Part shown: positions 13,501 to 23,723 of the stretch, in pieces
Position numbering within the stretch: position 1 is the stretch's first letter
How the letters are laid out: each line of letters begins with the position of its first letter
DNA from: Notodromas monacha
Taxonomy: Eukaryota
Assembly (NCBI GenBank): GCA_905338405.1
Contig: CAJPEX010000666.1
Span: forward strand, 1,741-47,197
Direction of reading: 5' to 3'
Length of the DNA: 45,457 bases
Position numbers and translations under genes: made by a program
The notes under the pieces: model-generated
The model's input: the letters and a program-made list of their open reading frames with translations, nothing else
The model's database searches: none
Told to the model about the DNA's origin: nothing

Positions 13501-15416
13501 AGAGCATGCAATATTGCAGCAGCTCTAGATCAATTAAACTTCACTTCAATGGAGGACATTCAGCATTATCAAGGTCTTTTTCTTGTTTCCATCTGGGCAT
13601 TAGTTGTGTATTAGTGGGTCAAAAATGTATTGGACACTTATAAAGGATTGAAGAGCAAAGGGACAAATTTTTGTTGTCCACCTCCAATGATGGCAAGTGA
13701 TCATCAACTTTTATGAACAAACCTTCGTATTATGCAAATATGTAACTCAAGGTTCTAACGTATTGGCATTTTAGAGTATACAGTGAAACACCCAGATGAG
13801 GACATAATTGGTGCATCAAGAGTGTCCCTAAGTTGAATCTTGTTTTCCCATAGACTTACATTATATAATTTTGAATTGGTATTTTATAGAAAAAATATTC
13901 TTCAGAATTCCATGAAAAAAATGGTTTGCCACTTGAATTTGATTCAGTGAATATCTTTTCAACCCAACAAGAACATTTGGAGCATTGAATAGTACGCGCA
14001 GTTCATTGAAATATGGGCATCTGTAAAAATGACATCCAAGTCACAAAGAGAGAAGGAAGTCCCTCTGTGCTATAGGTAATTTTTTCAATTCACTGAATAG
14101 ATGGGAAAGTGATGAGAAAAGTACCAAAATAATTTTTCTTGCATAGATCTTAGGGTTGGAAATATCTGTTTCTGGCAATTAAGCCTAATAAAAGTCAATT
14201 TTCCTCAAATTTATTGGCAATTTTATCATGCAATGTCCTCATGTTGAGTCAGTATCTGTATGTTGGGCCTTTTTTGTGATTTTTTTTATTGAAAAATAAA
14301 TGTTCCCATGTCAAATTGTCCCAATGTTGAGGTGTCCACATGTGGGGGTCTCACTGTATAAAGAACATCACTCATATCAGTCACAGTCTGGATGAGGTCT
14401 AAACTTCAATTTTTTAAACGTTTAAAAACGCTGAAATGTGCAGTATATCCGATGAGTCAACAGATAGGAACATTCAGAACACCGCTCGCGGTTATGTAAC
14501 GTCGATTATATAACCACAAATTCGCCACCGCATATAGACGCAATCTCGTTACACTTTTTCTTCTTCCACAGAAATTGAATCTACCGTACCTGCTATAAAT
14601 CGGGCCACGATCAGCATTTCGGCATTGATTCCGGCAAAATACAGAGCTTGGCCAACCAATTGCGGCAAATTAACGAGAAGCAGGATTTTCCGCACGTCTT
14701 CAGAGCGATCACACCAATAGCCCACGGACAAAGCAGCGATCATCCCCGAGATGTTGAACACTGTCATCACGGAGAAAACAATCAGTCAATAATTGTGATT
14801 CATCGATCACTCAATCGAACACAAATATACCGCAAGAACGCGGATAAAAAAAGAAGTAATTGATTCCGAGACCAACTTTTACACACATAATAGCCGCTCG
14901 AAAGAAAATAGGTTGCTGTAACAAGGGATTAAACGACTCACTTTTCCTCGCCTTAAATTTTGCCAGCAACTTCAATGAACGCTAGAAAAATGTGAATTTT
15001 TTCTTTCAAATTACTATAAGTCACTTCTTCAAAAGCGTTGATGATTTCGCGGCACACCATTTTGTAAAAGCACTCGAATCCAAGATAATGTTCAGTTGTA
15101 CACCATCAATGTCAAAACGCGCCGCTTCTTCAGAGTAAGAAATAGGCATTGTTGGAAAAGTTTAAAAAAAAAGTCCCTGAGCTCACCGGATATAGTGATT
15201 CCGAGGTACGTCTCATCATATACACCCAGTGACTGAATGTACTTCCAAACCGTTGGGAAGATCACACCTATGAAGAATAAAATAACACGAACATGAACTC
15301 TTCCTTCTGAAGAACACTTCAGTCATCTGGAAAACATAATTTCTCTAGTCTATAGTACAATATTACCGATCGAAATCGAGATCATCATATACGTACTGCA
15401 CAGCCTTCCTGTGCAT
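4530..15416 (-). CDS. Multi-exon gene for a 12-TM major facilitator superfamily (MFS) transporter, HIAT/tetracycline-transporter-like. Exon approximations (minus strand, 5'->3'): 15368-15416? (putative ATG), 15187-15290 (TM1), 14593-14760 (TM2-4), 11990-12125, 10326-10452, 10118-10258, 8690-8935, 7985-8105, [7085-7310 and 6388-6505 duplicated copies], 4530-4670 (TM11-12), possible terminal exon 4262-4455
   Basis: Exon translations with canonical splice flanks: FIGVIFPTVWKYIQSLGVYDETYLGITIS|gtgagc; VFNISGMIAALSVGYWCDRSEDVRKILLLVNLPQLVGQALYFAGINAEMLIVARFIAG (MFS D-R-x-x-R loop motif); GFGLGMNSAIYSEIIRGTTREERMKVLSSAFLLRQVGIMMSPGFNIFI; AVVPPFMQEYFDLGPAEISWIFMGFGIGMLMAFISFFFVVDFYKKKQDEGYHNAPELNILLFGVLSTIIAFIGYLFVGVYVEY|gtaag; NYDYFWAFIGVSGIMLVADPASVCSVTTLISLIVEEDVQ|gtaac; ag|GMAMGIRRCFSLIGLLIGPTLGAALIFRPWLLYGGTILVSTVGF|gtaag (resembles the conserved G-x-x-x-G-I-R-G-L-x-x-G-x-G-P motif of HIAT/TetA-like MFS TM11). 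Order of exons matches a 12-TM topology. 5' end/start codon uncertain. Confidence 0.7.
5247..5269 (+). mobile_element. Solo terminal inverted repeat of the Tc1-like MITE family (CAGTGAGACCCCCACATGCGGAC) preceded by TA
   Basis: Exact match to TIR consensus of the MITE copies at 13781 and 22473; followed by unrelated sequence with internal cctgcggacga direct repeat. Confidence 0.5.
5671..8900. repeat. Intragenic tandem duplication inside the MFS gene: unit 1 = 5671-7298, unit 2 = 7299-8900 (~1.6 kb, ~93-95% identical). It duplicates the NYDYFW... exon and the AEISWIFMGFGIGML... exon, and the boundary lies inside the latter exon
   Basis: tattttcatggaattagggtgagtat...ggggtctcactgta at 5671 and 7299; coding exons 6388-6505/7985-8105 and 7085-7310/8690-8935 near-identical; unit 1 copy of the TM7-8 exon lacks its acceptor and first ~16 codons (replaced by MITE-derived sequence: reads MKIWPAEISW instead of ...cag|AVVPPFMQEYFDLGPAEISW). 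Confidence 0.85.
5674..5810 (-). mobile_element. 5'-terminal ~137 bp fragment of the Tc1-like MITE (includes TIR), forming the left edge of duplication unit 1; identical fragment at 7302-7438 in unit 2
   Basis: Reverse complement = tacagtgagaccccgagatgtggacgtaattggtgcatcaagagtgtcccaaagtcaagtctcgttttcccttagacttacattatataatttttaattg... matching the first ~140 bp of MITE copies at 13781/22473. Confidence 0.7.
11221..11720. repeat. Inverted pair of short-unit satellite arrays (caaattgagaca units at 11221-11310; tgtctcaaattgtccc / ccttgtcttgaattcc units at 11500-11720), a foldback-like structure in an MFS intron
   Basis: Direct reading: gggtcaaattgagacagata..gacaaattgagacatata..ttttgagacaaaatg on left; gtccctgtctcaaactgcctctgcctcaaattgtcccctcatcaaattgtccctgtctcaaattgtccctgtctcaaattgtcctggtcttgaattccccttgtcttgaattccccttgtcttgaattggtcctgtctcat on right; motif tcaaattgtcc also occurs in the MITE subterminal region (14305-14325, 23028-23046). 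Confidence 0.65.
12767..13726. repeat. Large near-perfect foldback / palindromic element: arms ~12767-13172 and ~13291-13726 (~400 bp each, >90% complementary), ~118 bp central spacer
   Basis: Left arm ...tgatcacttgccgtcattggaggcggac...gggcaagatattgcccatgtgtgggggccc vs right arm cccaccacacatgagcaacatcttgccc...cctccaatgatggcaagtgatca; the ORFs 12848-13216(-) and 13319-13528(+) translate to mirror-image peptides (FELVLFFICKKMHGLAGASSP / FEFVFCFICKKLHDLAGGSSP), an artefact of the palindrome. Confidence 0.85.
13781..14355 (+). mobile_element. Non-autonomous Tc1/mariner-like MITE, full copy 1 (575 bp), TIR cagtgaAacacccagatgaggacat ... atgtccacatgtgggggtctcactg, flanked by TA/TA
   Basis: ~25 bp terminal inverted repeats beginning CAGTG (Tc1-like), TA target-site duplication on both sides (13779-13780, 14356-14357), no ORF, ~85% identical to copy at 22473-23075. 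Confidence 0.8.
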
Positions 15417-18400
15417 GAGTAGTGGCTACATCAAGAACATTATTATAGGTTCTCGGCGAGAAATGCGCATATTTATCGCAAAAAAACCAATAAATGTTGT
15501 TTCTTTAAAACAAAATAAATGAGAGAAAAGTAGGGCGTCACGCAAAAAGAAACTTCGGGCCCCTATTACAATCGCTTCGCTTACGTCATTTTACAAGACG
15601 CGTTTTCACTTCATGAGTCCTGAAAGTACCATGTATCCGAACATTTTTGTATTGAACTCTCTTGTATAGAACTTTCGAAAATGATCCACAATACAGACGG
15701 AAATACTGTATATTTTAACGCAGATTTGATCAAGTTTATTCAATTCACAGTGCTTTTTGCCATGGTGACACTAGATTGATGTGAAAGGCATACTGTATTT
15801 GCTGGACGAACCAGGATCCAGGATGTACTACATATACCGTAAAAAGATTTTGACAATAACCGAAGAGCACCTATACAGACTTAAGCCAGCACAACCAATA
15901 AGCTGGGCAGATGGAGATGCTTTTCTTAGTACAAGGAAAGCATCAAATGACTCCTCCAGAAAAAGTCAAACTTAAATTACATGTGAAGCACAGCGCAATC
16001 TTGCTACAAAAAGGCAATAGGGACCAGGAATAAGAAGCTTTGTTAACATGATAATTCATTTTTAATTAGTTGAAATAACATAATATTGCAGCAAGGCAGG
16101 GCTCATATTTTGTTTCCATTTTGATACTTTCTATATCTTCCTGATGGTGCAGCCATGCTGGACCCTGAGAAGAATTATGCAACATTTTCTCTGCAGTGGA
16201 CCACAGAATCCATCAAAATGGGTAATAAAAGCACTGTGTTGACAAACCTGCAGTTAATAAACTGGCTCCATACATCCGGCAGTTAAAACGTATTCAATTT
16301 AAGAAGCTCGTCGCATCAAGCGATTAGCTGTACATATATATGGTGCTACGGTATCCAAACCACTGCAAACCCGAAACTTTTTTTTTTATTTTACACAGTA
16401 TTTTAACTTTTAACCCTTCACATCAAAAACTGACGAAACTTGCAAAGATCAAGACAGTTTCAAAGCATTATGTGAAATTTGGAAAAATCCTGAACGAAGA
16501 TGTTGAAGCATTCCGACAATGATGAGAACCCACCAATAATACAATAACGTTGATTTCCTCTATGGCATGCACAGTGTTATTTTTTCAAAGATTATAAGAA
16601 CATTATTTCATAGCTTTCGGAAGTGAAGGGACAACATTCAAATTTCAAGGACTTGGATGTTTTTTTGTCAAACATCCTATCGAATATAGATGTGCGGGTA
16701 TGAAAGAAGAAAACTAGAGAAATACTGTATATCAAGAATATTTATGAGCAATTACGATATCGTGCTGCACTTTCTTCTGAGTTCAAACCTGTTTCGATTC
16801 GAACTTCAAAGGTTCGTCTACCTCTTGATACTTGGGCAGTTTTCTATCGTTCAACGACAGGATAATTGAAGTTACTCCTTGTGGAACGAATACGAGTAAT
16901 CCCGACAAAAGCAGGTTCTTTATGAAAAACCGACTTTATTGTCTGTCGGCATTCAGAATAATTTACGTTAACTCGTTCCTTCCTGAAACAATAAAGGCGA
17001 TCTATATATACAGGCTTCACATACGAGAGTAGCCAGCACAATTCTTGATGTGCATCGTTTAGCAAGTCTTTGCTCAAGTGAGGAAATCCAGAACTATAAA
17101 AGTGGACCACAGACGAAGAGGAATACATTATCGGATACACTGTACTTACCATATTCCACGCCCATGAGAATGTTCGTGCAATGCGCCATGGAAAACGTAA
17201 AAATTCGGCGGGTGCGAGCACTGAGCCGCGTCTCCAACATCCGCCTCAACGATGGAAACACCATCCTGGCGACTCAAATCTGAACACTCTCTGCTGAACC
17301 GTTAAAAAATTTCAACTATATTCACGTCCCACCCGCGCGCATGGCAACGACATCCGCGACTGCCCAAGATACACGCAAGAGCCGGCGAAAGGTGCAGGGG
17401 AAGAACCCGCCGAGACATAGCAGCTTCCCAATGTCGTCCGATGTACCTTTTTCCATGCCTCCCGCATTAGACTATGTGGCAAATGGAGAAAAGAGAGAGA
17501 GAGATGGAATTTCTGTCCAGGTTAGTGTAGGACAGGTATGAAGGTTCAACACAGGCGCGCGCGGGCATAGCTAGCCAACCGGACTGAGTTGGGAATGGTC
17601 TTCTGCACAGCCACGAGTTCTCGGTTAGGACCGATCGCTCCGTCTTGTGAGTTGAACGCATGTTACAGAAAATCACACGATGTACCGTACACTGTGTCAT
17701 CCGTCAGTCATTACGATGGCCAAGAACTAGTACCCTTAGCAAACGAAAACGTTCTCCACGAATGAAAGACAAGTTGCTTCAAAAATGCTCCGAGAGATCT
17801 ATCCTAAGGTAGGACATAGATTGATACGTGGGTTTCATGAAATGGTTCCCCCCTACCCAGAAGGAAGGAGCTGATGAGGTCATTGGGTACGAAAGTGGGT
17901 AACCATATGGACGCTCGTTGGTGCAGCTCGCGAGCGCCATTAATGTATACTGAATATTGTATTCTGGATTTTGACAAGTTTTATTGAAAAATTCGTGTGA
18001 AAATCACGATTAATATGAATGATGTACTCCGAATGAAATGCGTTCTCCGGCTTCTAATTCAGCGTGATCGATTTGTTTAGTGAATGCCTGATCGCCTGAT
18101 GGTGTGTAATGCGTCTGTTACGAAGGTTAACGGAGGAGAAAACTGTGTTGTGTGTCATTATATTGGATATGAGATGTATTTTGTACAGGAGGCTATATGC
18201 AGTTGAAATTCGATTACCCGAGTCTGAATTTTGAATCAATGACTTGATACTGTGCTGCGGGTTGCAGTTATGAATGGTAACACAGTACATCAGTTCATTT
18301 CGGAATTTTTAGAACGTGATGAATACGTATTTTCAATTTTGTATTCTTTCTAAGCGGAAATATAATTGGCTAACGAAAGCCGGGTTTATCCTCCGGCTCT

Positions 18401-20053
18401 TACGCGCCGTTGTTGAATCGCGGCTGACGCCGTACCATTCACGTAACCCAGAAAAGGAAAGGCATGGAGACATTTCGTCGGTCAAACGCATCTCCCTCCC
18501 GCTTCCTTCTCTTTCTGGAATCAAGGCTGAAGACCTGAAGGAGGCATAGTTCCTGATTATCCTCGCAACTGCGCGGCGAGCCGTCAATGTAAATGAACGA
18601 GAACCGACGGAGTGGATCTCATGACCTCTTGCGAGACCTTCAGCAGCTGTACAGTATAGTTCTTAATTGCGCTGATCTCCGAGAGTATGACTCAATCTCC
18701 GGGTTATGAGTTGAAGCCAATCTTTCTTAAAATCTTCGAGCGGGGAATACTTGAAATATCTTGAAAAAAAAGTCAGCATCAACGCTCCAACCAACAAATC
18801 AGCTCATTACTACATCGTGGTGACGATCAAACTTCGGGTTCACGAGTTTTAAAACTTTCACAGAATTCGTCCAAGAAAGAAGATAAACAAGCGAATGGAC
18901 GTGGAAACCATTTCAATGAAATGCCACATCGCCAAGTAAAAATTCAGCTCAATACTTGAAGCTTATCTTTCATATTGAAGATCGTATAATTGAGGATTTC
19001 TTCACAGTCTCACAAAATGCTCTTGTAAGCATGATCTCGGCGCATTTGCATGGTGTTTTTGTTTTATGTCCCCGTCAGTTTGACATTTCTTGTACCTTCG
19101 AAGGACGATGATCAAGGTTTCGAATCAAGCGACTGTCGCAGCGTTTAGTACAAGAATATCGTTAGCAACATGCATCTCACTGACCACATTCCCATGCCTC
19201 GTTGACCGGTTCGTATCAATTAAGTTGATCTAGAAGTGGTATCCTTCGTTATCGTATCAAGCACTGGTATAGGTACAGTACATTACATCATGCAGTTGAA
19301 CAGTTTAGAGTGCAAACAACTCGTTAATTTCTTGCACCATCTGAAAAGATATTTCACCGAATGAAGAGTGGTACAGCATGCAGCCACGAACTAGAGAGAA
19401 CTTTTCTGGGATGATACGTTTAGTAAATAGAAGTGTATCCCGTACATATTATAGGTTATTTTGGTCGTTCGGATAGCGTATGCTGCAAGTTCCAGACAGG
19501 AATGAAGATTTATCCATACAACACGCATACGCAAGGATCCCGCTTTGCATGTGTCATGCTGCTTTCACATGTCGTAAACTATATGGTGCAGAAGCTAGGC
19601 AGGTACTTCCTCGGTGAAGTACAGTAGTTTATCATTTCCATGAACGACATCTAATGAATTCAATTCCATTTACGTCACCATCAGGGCGACATCTATTTGC
19701 AAAAGCATAATTCTGGAAGCTACGGATAATAAGCAACTCTCAAAATAAAAATAATCTATGCGAAAATCAGTAGTAAAGCACTTCATTTCGTAAAGACCAC
19801 ATATCAGTGAACTGACATCGAAATCAAAATATACGGCACACCTAACTTAATTCAAGTACATGTGCTCATCACAACACGATTACATTTGAGTAACTGTTTT
19901 TGCACCGTTGACCTTACCTTACACGATTATGAAGGCACAACAACTGTAATAATTATTCCGACGAAAAAGCTGCGAGCATTTGCAACATTAAAAATGTCAC
20001 TCCATAATTAGCACAGGTGCAATCACTTCTTGGCAAGAAGGGTTAAATGCGAT

Positions 20054-22343
20054 TTATTCCAACAATGAAGCCAGACAAATATCAACTTCTTCCGGCTCAT
20101 CAACTGTAGCACAAACCTCCATTTCTTCGGATTCCTCCTGTTCGCTCGTTTCTATTTCGAGCGTCTCCTCAATTTCAATTTCTTCCCCGCCTGCGTCCTC
20201 AAAATCATCTCCACGTCGATCGAAGGGTGTAACCACGTTGCTTACCGCGACACCAAGTACACAGCGTGGAAACCTTACGGAGAAACGATGCAACTCGCCA
20301 CAGGTGTCGCCCGCTATGATATTCGCCATTCGCCCATTCTGTCGTAGGATTTTTGCGGATGACAAATTGAAGGCGCATTCGAATTTTCCAACCTGCAAAA
20401 CGTGACGAATTTCGTAGCACCCAACCTCATGTAGTATGAGTCAACTTTGATTTTTAGTTTCCCTTTTAACTTCTTTTTTTAATGTACTGCTGTATATATT
20501 TGCGTGTATTTCCGAAACTTCAACATTGGTACAGTACTGTATATCTGCGGAGTCACAAGATACAGTAGATTATATTGAGCCCCGTAAAGGACTGGGATTA
20601 AATGAAGAATTTCGAAAATTTGCGTACTCATAATCTTACGTAAAATTAGTCGAGAAGTCCACAAAATAGGCACCCAACGTCGTCTCGGAAATCAGAAGAA
20701 AACGAAGCAGGATAAATCGAAAAGACGATTAAAATTATTTTTAAAAGTTTTCTCCATGCACTTCAAAACTTTGGAAATGCTCAAGTGCATACAGGAAATC
20801 CGAGAAAAATAAACATTTTGATGGTGAAGCTTTGGAATTGAAGATTAAAAAGGCGATTGTGAATTTTCATTTCTTTACAGTGACATCTACCAACGTTAGA
20901 GCAATTGCTCATCGCGACGAACTACCTATGAAGATCAGATCGAGTAATGGAGTACAGTGCAGACATTTATTTCAATTGCTGCATATACGGTAAGATTATG
21001 GTCAACCCGTAGAGAAATAAGGGCGAATGGATCCTCTTTTTGCAGAAATGTATCGAAACTTGACTCTACAGCACCATTATGCCAGTAGCTTACGAATCTG
21101 TATCACAATATCACCACACAACAATGAAGCTTCGAGAGAACTTTCGGCTTTATACAGTAGTTCTTTCCCTTTTGTCAGTTTGTTCATGTATTTTTTGAGA
21201 GTTTTTCTTCAAGTTTATCATTCATTCAAAATATTATAGACGATTCCTCCACTAATTACTCACTTGCTGCATGTCACGGACGTTCCAGCCCTTCCAAATT
21301 TTAATGCACTGCTCATTCGCTGTCGTAATCAAGAAACAGTCATTTGGATCGCTGAGTTTCACTGGCAGCATCGCATTGATCGGTGACGAATGCAACTGCG
21401 AAGGAAATGAAAACGTCACTTAAAGCAGTGATGCCCAACGTTTTTGGCCCGCGGACCGGCCATTTCCAAAATATTTTCCGCGGACTGGCCAAGTTTCACA
21501 AAATTTTTCGAGACTCAGAAAAGTTCCGTTCGAAAGACTTTATGGCAGGCATTTGAGAATTTTCTGTTTTTATTCTTTGCTGCAAAAAGGAAGTCAAGAA
21601 CCAATGCAGCAGTTTTAGTGGAATGTCTTTTAAAAATGCCTTCAAGACTTCGTACTACAGTACTTTTGAAAAATTTCTTATGCTGGAGAAAAATTCCTGC
21701 GGACCAGCAAACGGACCACGGGTTGGAAAACACTGGCTTAGAAAATACAGTACAGTACATTCGAGGCTGGATCATTCGTTCAGGAATTTTTAGAGCACAG
21801 CACATTCCAAAAGGCATCCTTCTTTCAAACATCACACATGCTGCATATTTAAAAAAATTAATGGCCTTAAAAAAAAAAACATTGAAGAAAGACAAAAGTA
21901 AATGCCCACCTTTTTCACATCCCAGAGGGTTTCAGCTCCGTCTAGATCGTGCATTGCACCATCTCTCAACACGGCCTGTCTCAGACAACCATCAGTGCAT
22001 GCAATAAGAGCGTGATTTGGATCACCGAGTCCAGCGAGAAATACGCAAGGGAGCCAGTTCGTCGCCTTCACACCGTAAGTCGCTCCAAATTTCATTTTGT
22101 AGTGGGCTTCCACCACGTCTTTCTTCCCGTCTCTGCATCAAAGAAAAATATACATTACTTCAGTGATTAAAAGTCCAACGAAAAATATGAAAAATTATGC
22201 ACTGAAGATTATGCTGACCGTTTCTTGATCACGCCCTTCTTCCACTCCAATTCTCTCACGCAGGCGCTGTCACAAATCAGGGCCTTTTCAGTGGTGGTTC
22301 CAGCTTGAGTGACGGCTTGAATACCGCACACAAACAATTTGAG
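20054..22343 (-). CDS. Multi-exon WD40-repeat protein gene with acidic C-terminal tail. Exon approximations: 22219-22343, 21896-22125, 21265-21398, 20054-20397 (terminal, stop at 20054)
   Basis: Exon translations: LKLFVCGIQAVTQAGTTTEKALICDSACVRELEWKKGVIKKR|gt; DGKKDVVEAHYKMKFGATYGVKATNWLPCVFLAGLGDPNHALIACTDGCLRQAVLRDGAMHDLDGAETLWDVKK|gtggg; LHSSPINAMLPVKLSDPNDCFLITTANEQCIKIWKGWNVRDMQQ|gtgagt (WD repeat, ..IKIWK); terminal ORF ...ANIIAGDTCGELHRFSVRFPRCVLGVAVSNVVTPFDRRGDDFEDAGGEEIEIEETLEIETSEQEESEEMEVCATVDEPEEVDICLASLLE*. The exact joining phase between the last two exons is not resolved (two frames possible); family not identified. Confidence 0.5.
21426..21735. mobile_element. Possible second Tc1-like inverted-repeat element (~310 bp) in an intron of the WD40 gene; ends cagtgatgcccaacgtttttggcccgcggaccggcca ... 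ggaccagcaaacggaccacgggttggaaaacactg
   Basis: Both ends start CAGTG/CACTG and share imperfect inverted similarity; internal direct repeat ccgcggaccggcca / ccgcggactggcca resembling the Tc1 CAGTGCTGGCCAAAA TIR core; no clean TA duplication seen. Confidence 0.3.
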
Positions 22344-22472
22344 CCTATAAATATGAAGAGAACAAAATATCAGAGAGGAATCCAGCCATTTTTTTTTTTG
22401 TTAGGGGAGGGAGAATTTGGGTTCAGGGAAAGAAAAATAAAATTTAAATACGCATACTGTATTATACAAATA

Positions 22473-23075
22473 CAGTGAGACCCCCAGATGCGGACATAAT
22501 TGGTGCATCAAGAGTGTACCTAAGTCAAAATGTCCCTAAGTTGAGTCTCATTTCCCCTGAAACTTACATTATATAATTTTCAATTGTTGTTTACTGGAAG
22601 AAATATTCTCTAGATGGAATTCCATGAAAAAAATTGTTGGCCACTTGAATTTGATTCAGTGAATATATTTTCAACTTAATAAGAACATTTGGAGCATTGA
22701 ATAGTGTATCTCTGTACTGTACATTGAAAGGTTGGCATCTAAAAAAATAACATTCAAATTGCAAAGAGAGAAGGAAGTCCCTCTATGCAATAGGTATTTT
22801 TTTTAATAAGTGAATGGATGGGCAAATGATGGGAGAAATGACAAAGAATTCTTCTTGAATACATCTTAGGGTTGGAAATATCTGTTTCTTGCAATCAAGA
22901 CAAATAAAAGTAAATTTTTGTGAAAGTTATTGGCAATTTTTTCATGCAATGTCCTCATAACATGTTGAGTCAGTGTTTAATGTTGGGCCTTTCTAATGCT
23001 CTTTTTATTGAAAAATAAATGTCCCTGTGTCAAATTGTCCTCATGTCAAGGTGTCTGCATGTGGGGGTCTCACTG
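22473..23075 (+). mobile_element. Tc1/mariner-like MITE, full copy 2 (603 bp), TIR cagtgagacccccagatgcggacat ... atgtctgcatgtgggggtctcactg, TA/TA flanks
   Basis: Perfect 25 bp TIR match to consensus; TA at 22471-22472 and 23076-23077; internal sequence co-linear with copy 1 (ggtgcatcaagagtg..cctaagt..., ccatgaaaaaaat.gtt.gccacttgaatttgattcagtgaatat..tttcaac, agagagaaggaagtccctct.tgc.ataggta...). Confidence 0.85.
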
Positions 23076-23164
23076 TAAATCATACAAGAAAAATCAACAG
23101 GCACCATTTCCTCTTATAATTTCATCACATAATCACACTAGTCCATGTACAAGTTGAACATATT

Positions 23165-23540
23165 TATGTCAAACATCAAGGGACCAGAAAAAAAATCAAT
23201 TTAGTGAGGCTTAAAATTTGGGAAATAAGCATTTTTTGTTGAAGGAAAGAAAACAGAATTACAGTGCAGGAAATTATAATTGGTGATTTTCTAGGCATAG
23301 AATTGCTCCTTAAATGAGTTGACAGGAACTTGGAGGCAAGGGTTAATTTGCCCAAATAATAATCTTCCTGTTCCTTTCAAATCACATCCTTCATCCTTGC
23401 AATTTTCATTGCTTTCCTTTTCCCTGTTTCAATAAAATAATAGCCAAAATGCCTTCAGAAAATTCGAGTTATAGAAGTTTGAGAAGGAAAGCCTTGGAGT
23501 TAGAGGGGTTCGTATTGCATTGTTTTCAAGGAAATTCAGA
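23165..23540. repeat. Dispersed repeat family R2, copy b, immediately 3' of MITE copy 2 and in the 3' flank of the TEP1-like gene
   Basis: See R2 copy a (2940-3290). Confidence 0.6.
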
Positions 23541-23723
23541 CAGAAACCTGAAAAAAAATTGACATGGGGTGGGTTCCAGTTATTAAGGTTTAAATATACT
23601 TGGAAAAAGCTTCAACTTTAATAATCAGAAACTTCGGACATTCGAAGACCTCTTTCAATTCCAGGGATTAACAAAAAGGTTTTTGCATCATCCCACGCTA
23701 CAAAAAATATTAATAAAAAATAC

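Noticed and set aside
12848-13528. ORFs 12848-13216 (-) and 13319-13528 (+) with similar peptides
   Set aside because: They are mirror-image translations of the two arms of the 12767-13726 palindrome, not a duplicated gene.
15368-15416. Candidate MFS start codon exon (MHRKAVQYVYDDLDFDR|gtaat)
   Set aside because: Not rejected outright. However, I could not obtain a phase-consistent splice into the TM1 exon (15187-15290) with any visible acceptor, so the true 5' exon may lie elsewhere. Kept only as a note inside the gene feature.
21444-22007. 187-aa plus-strand ORF (largest ORF in the region)
   Set aside because: Low-complexity, Lys/Leu/Phe-rich translation of AT-rich intron/repeat DNA. It overlaps a well-supported minus-strand WD40 exon (21896-22125) and a Tc1-like inverted-repeat element, so it is most likely spurious.
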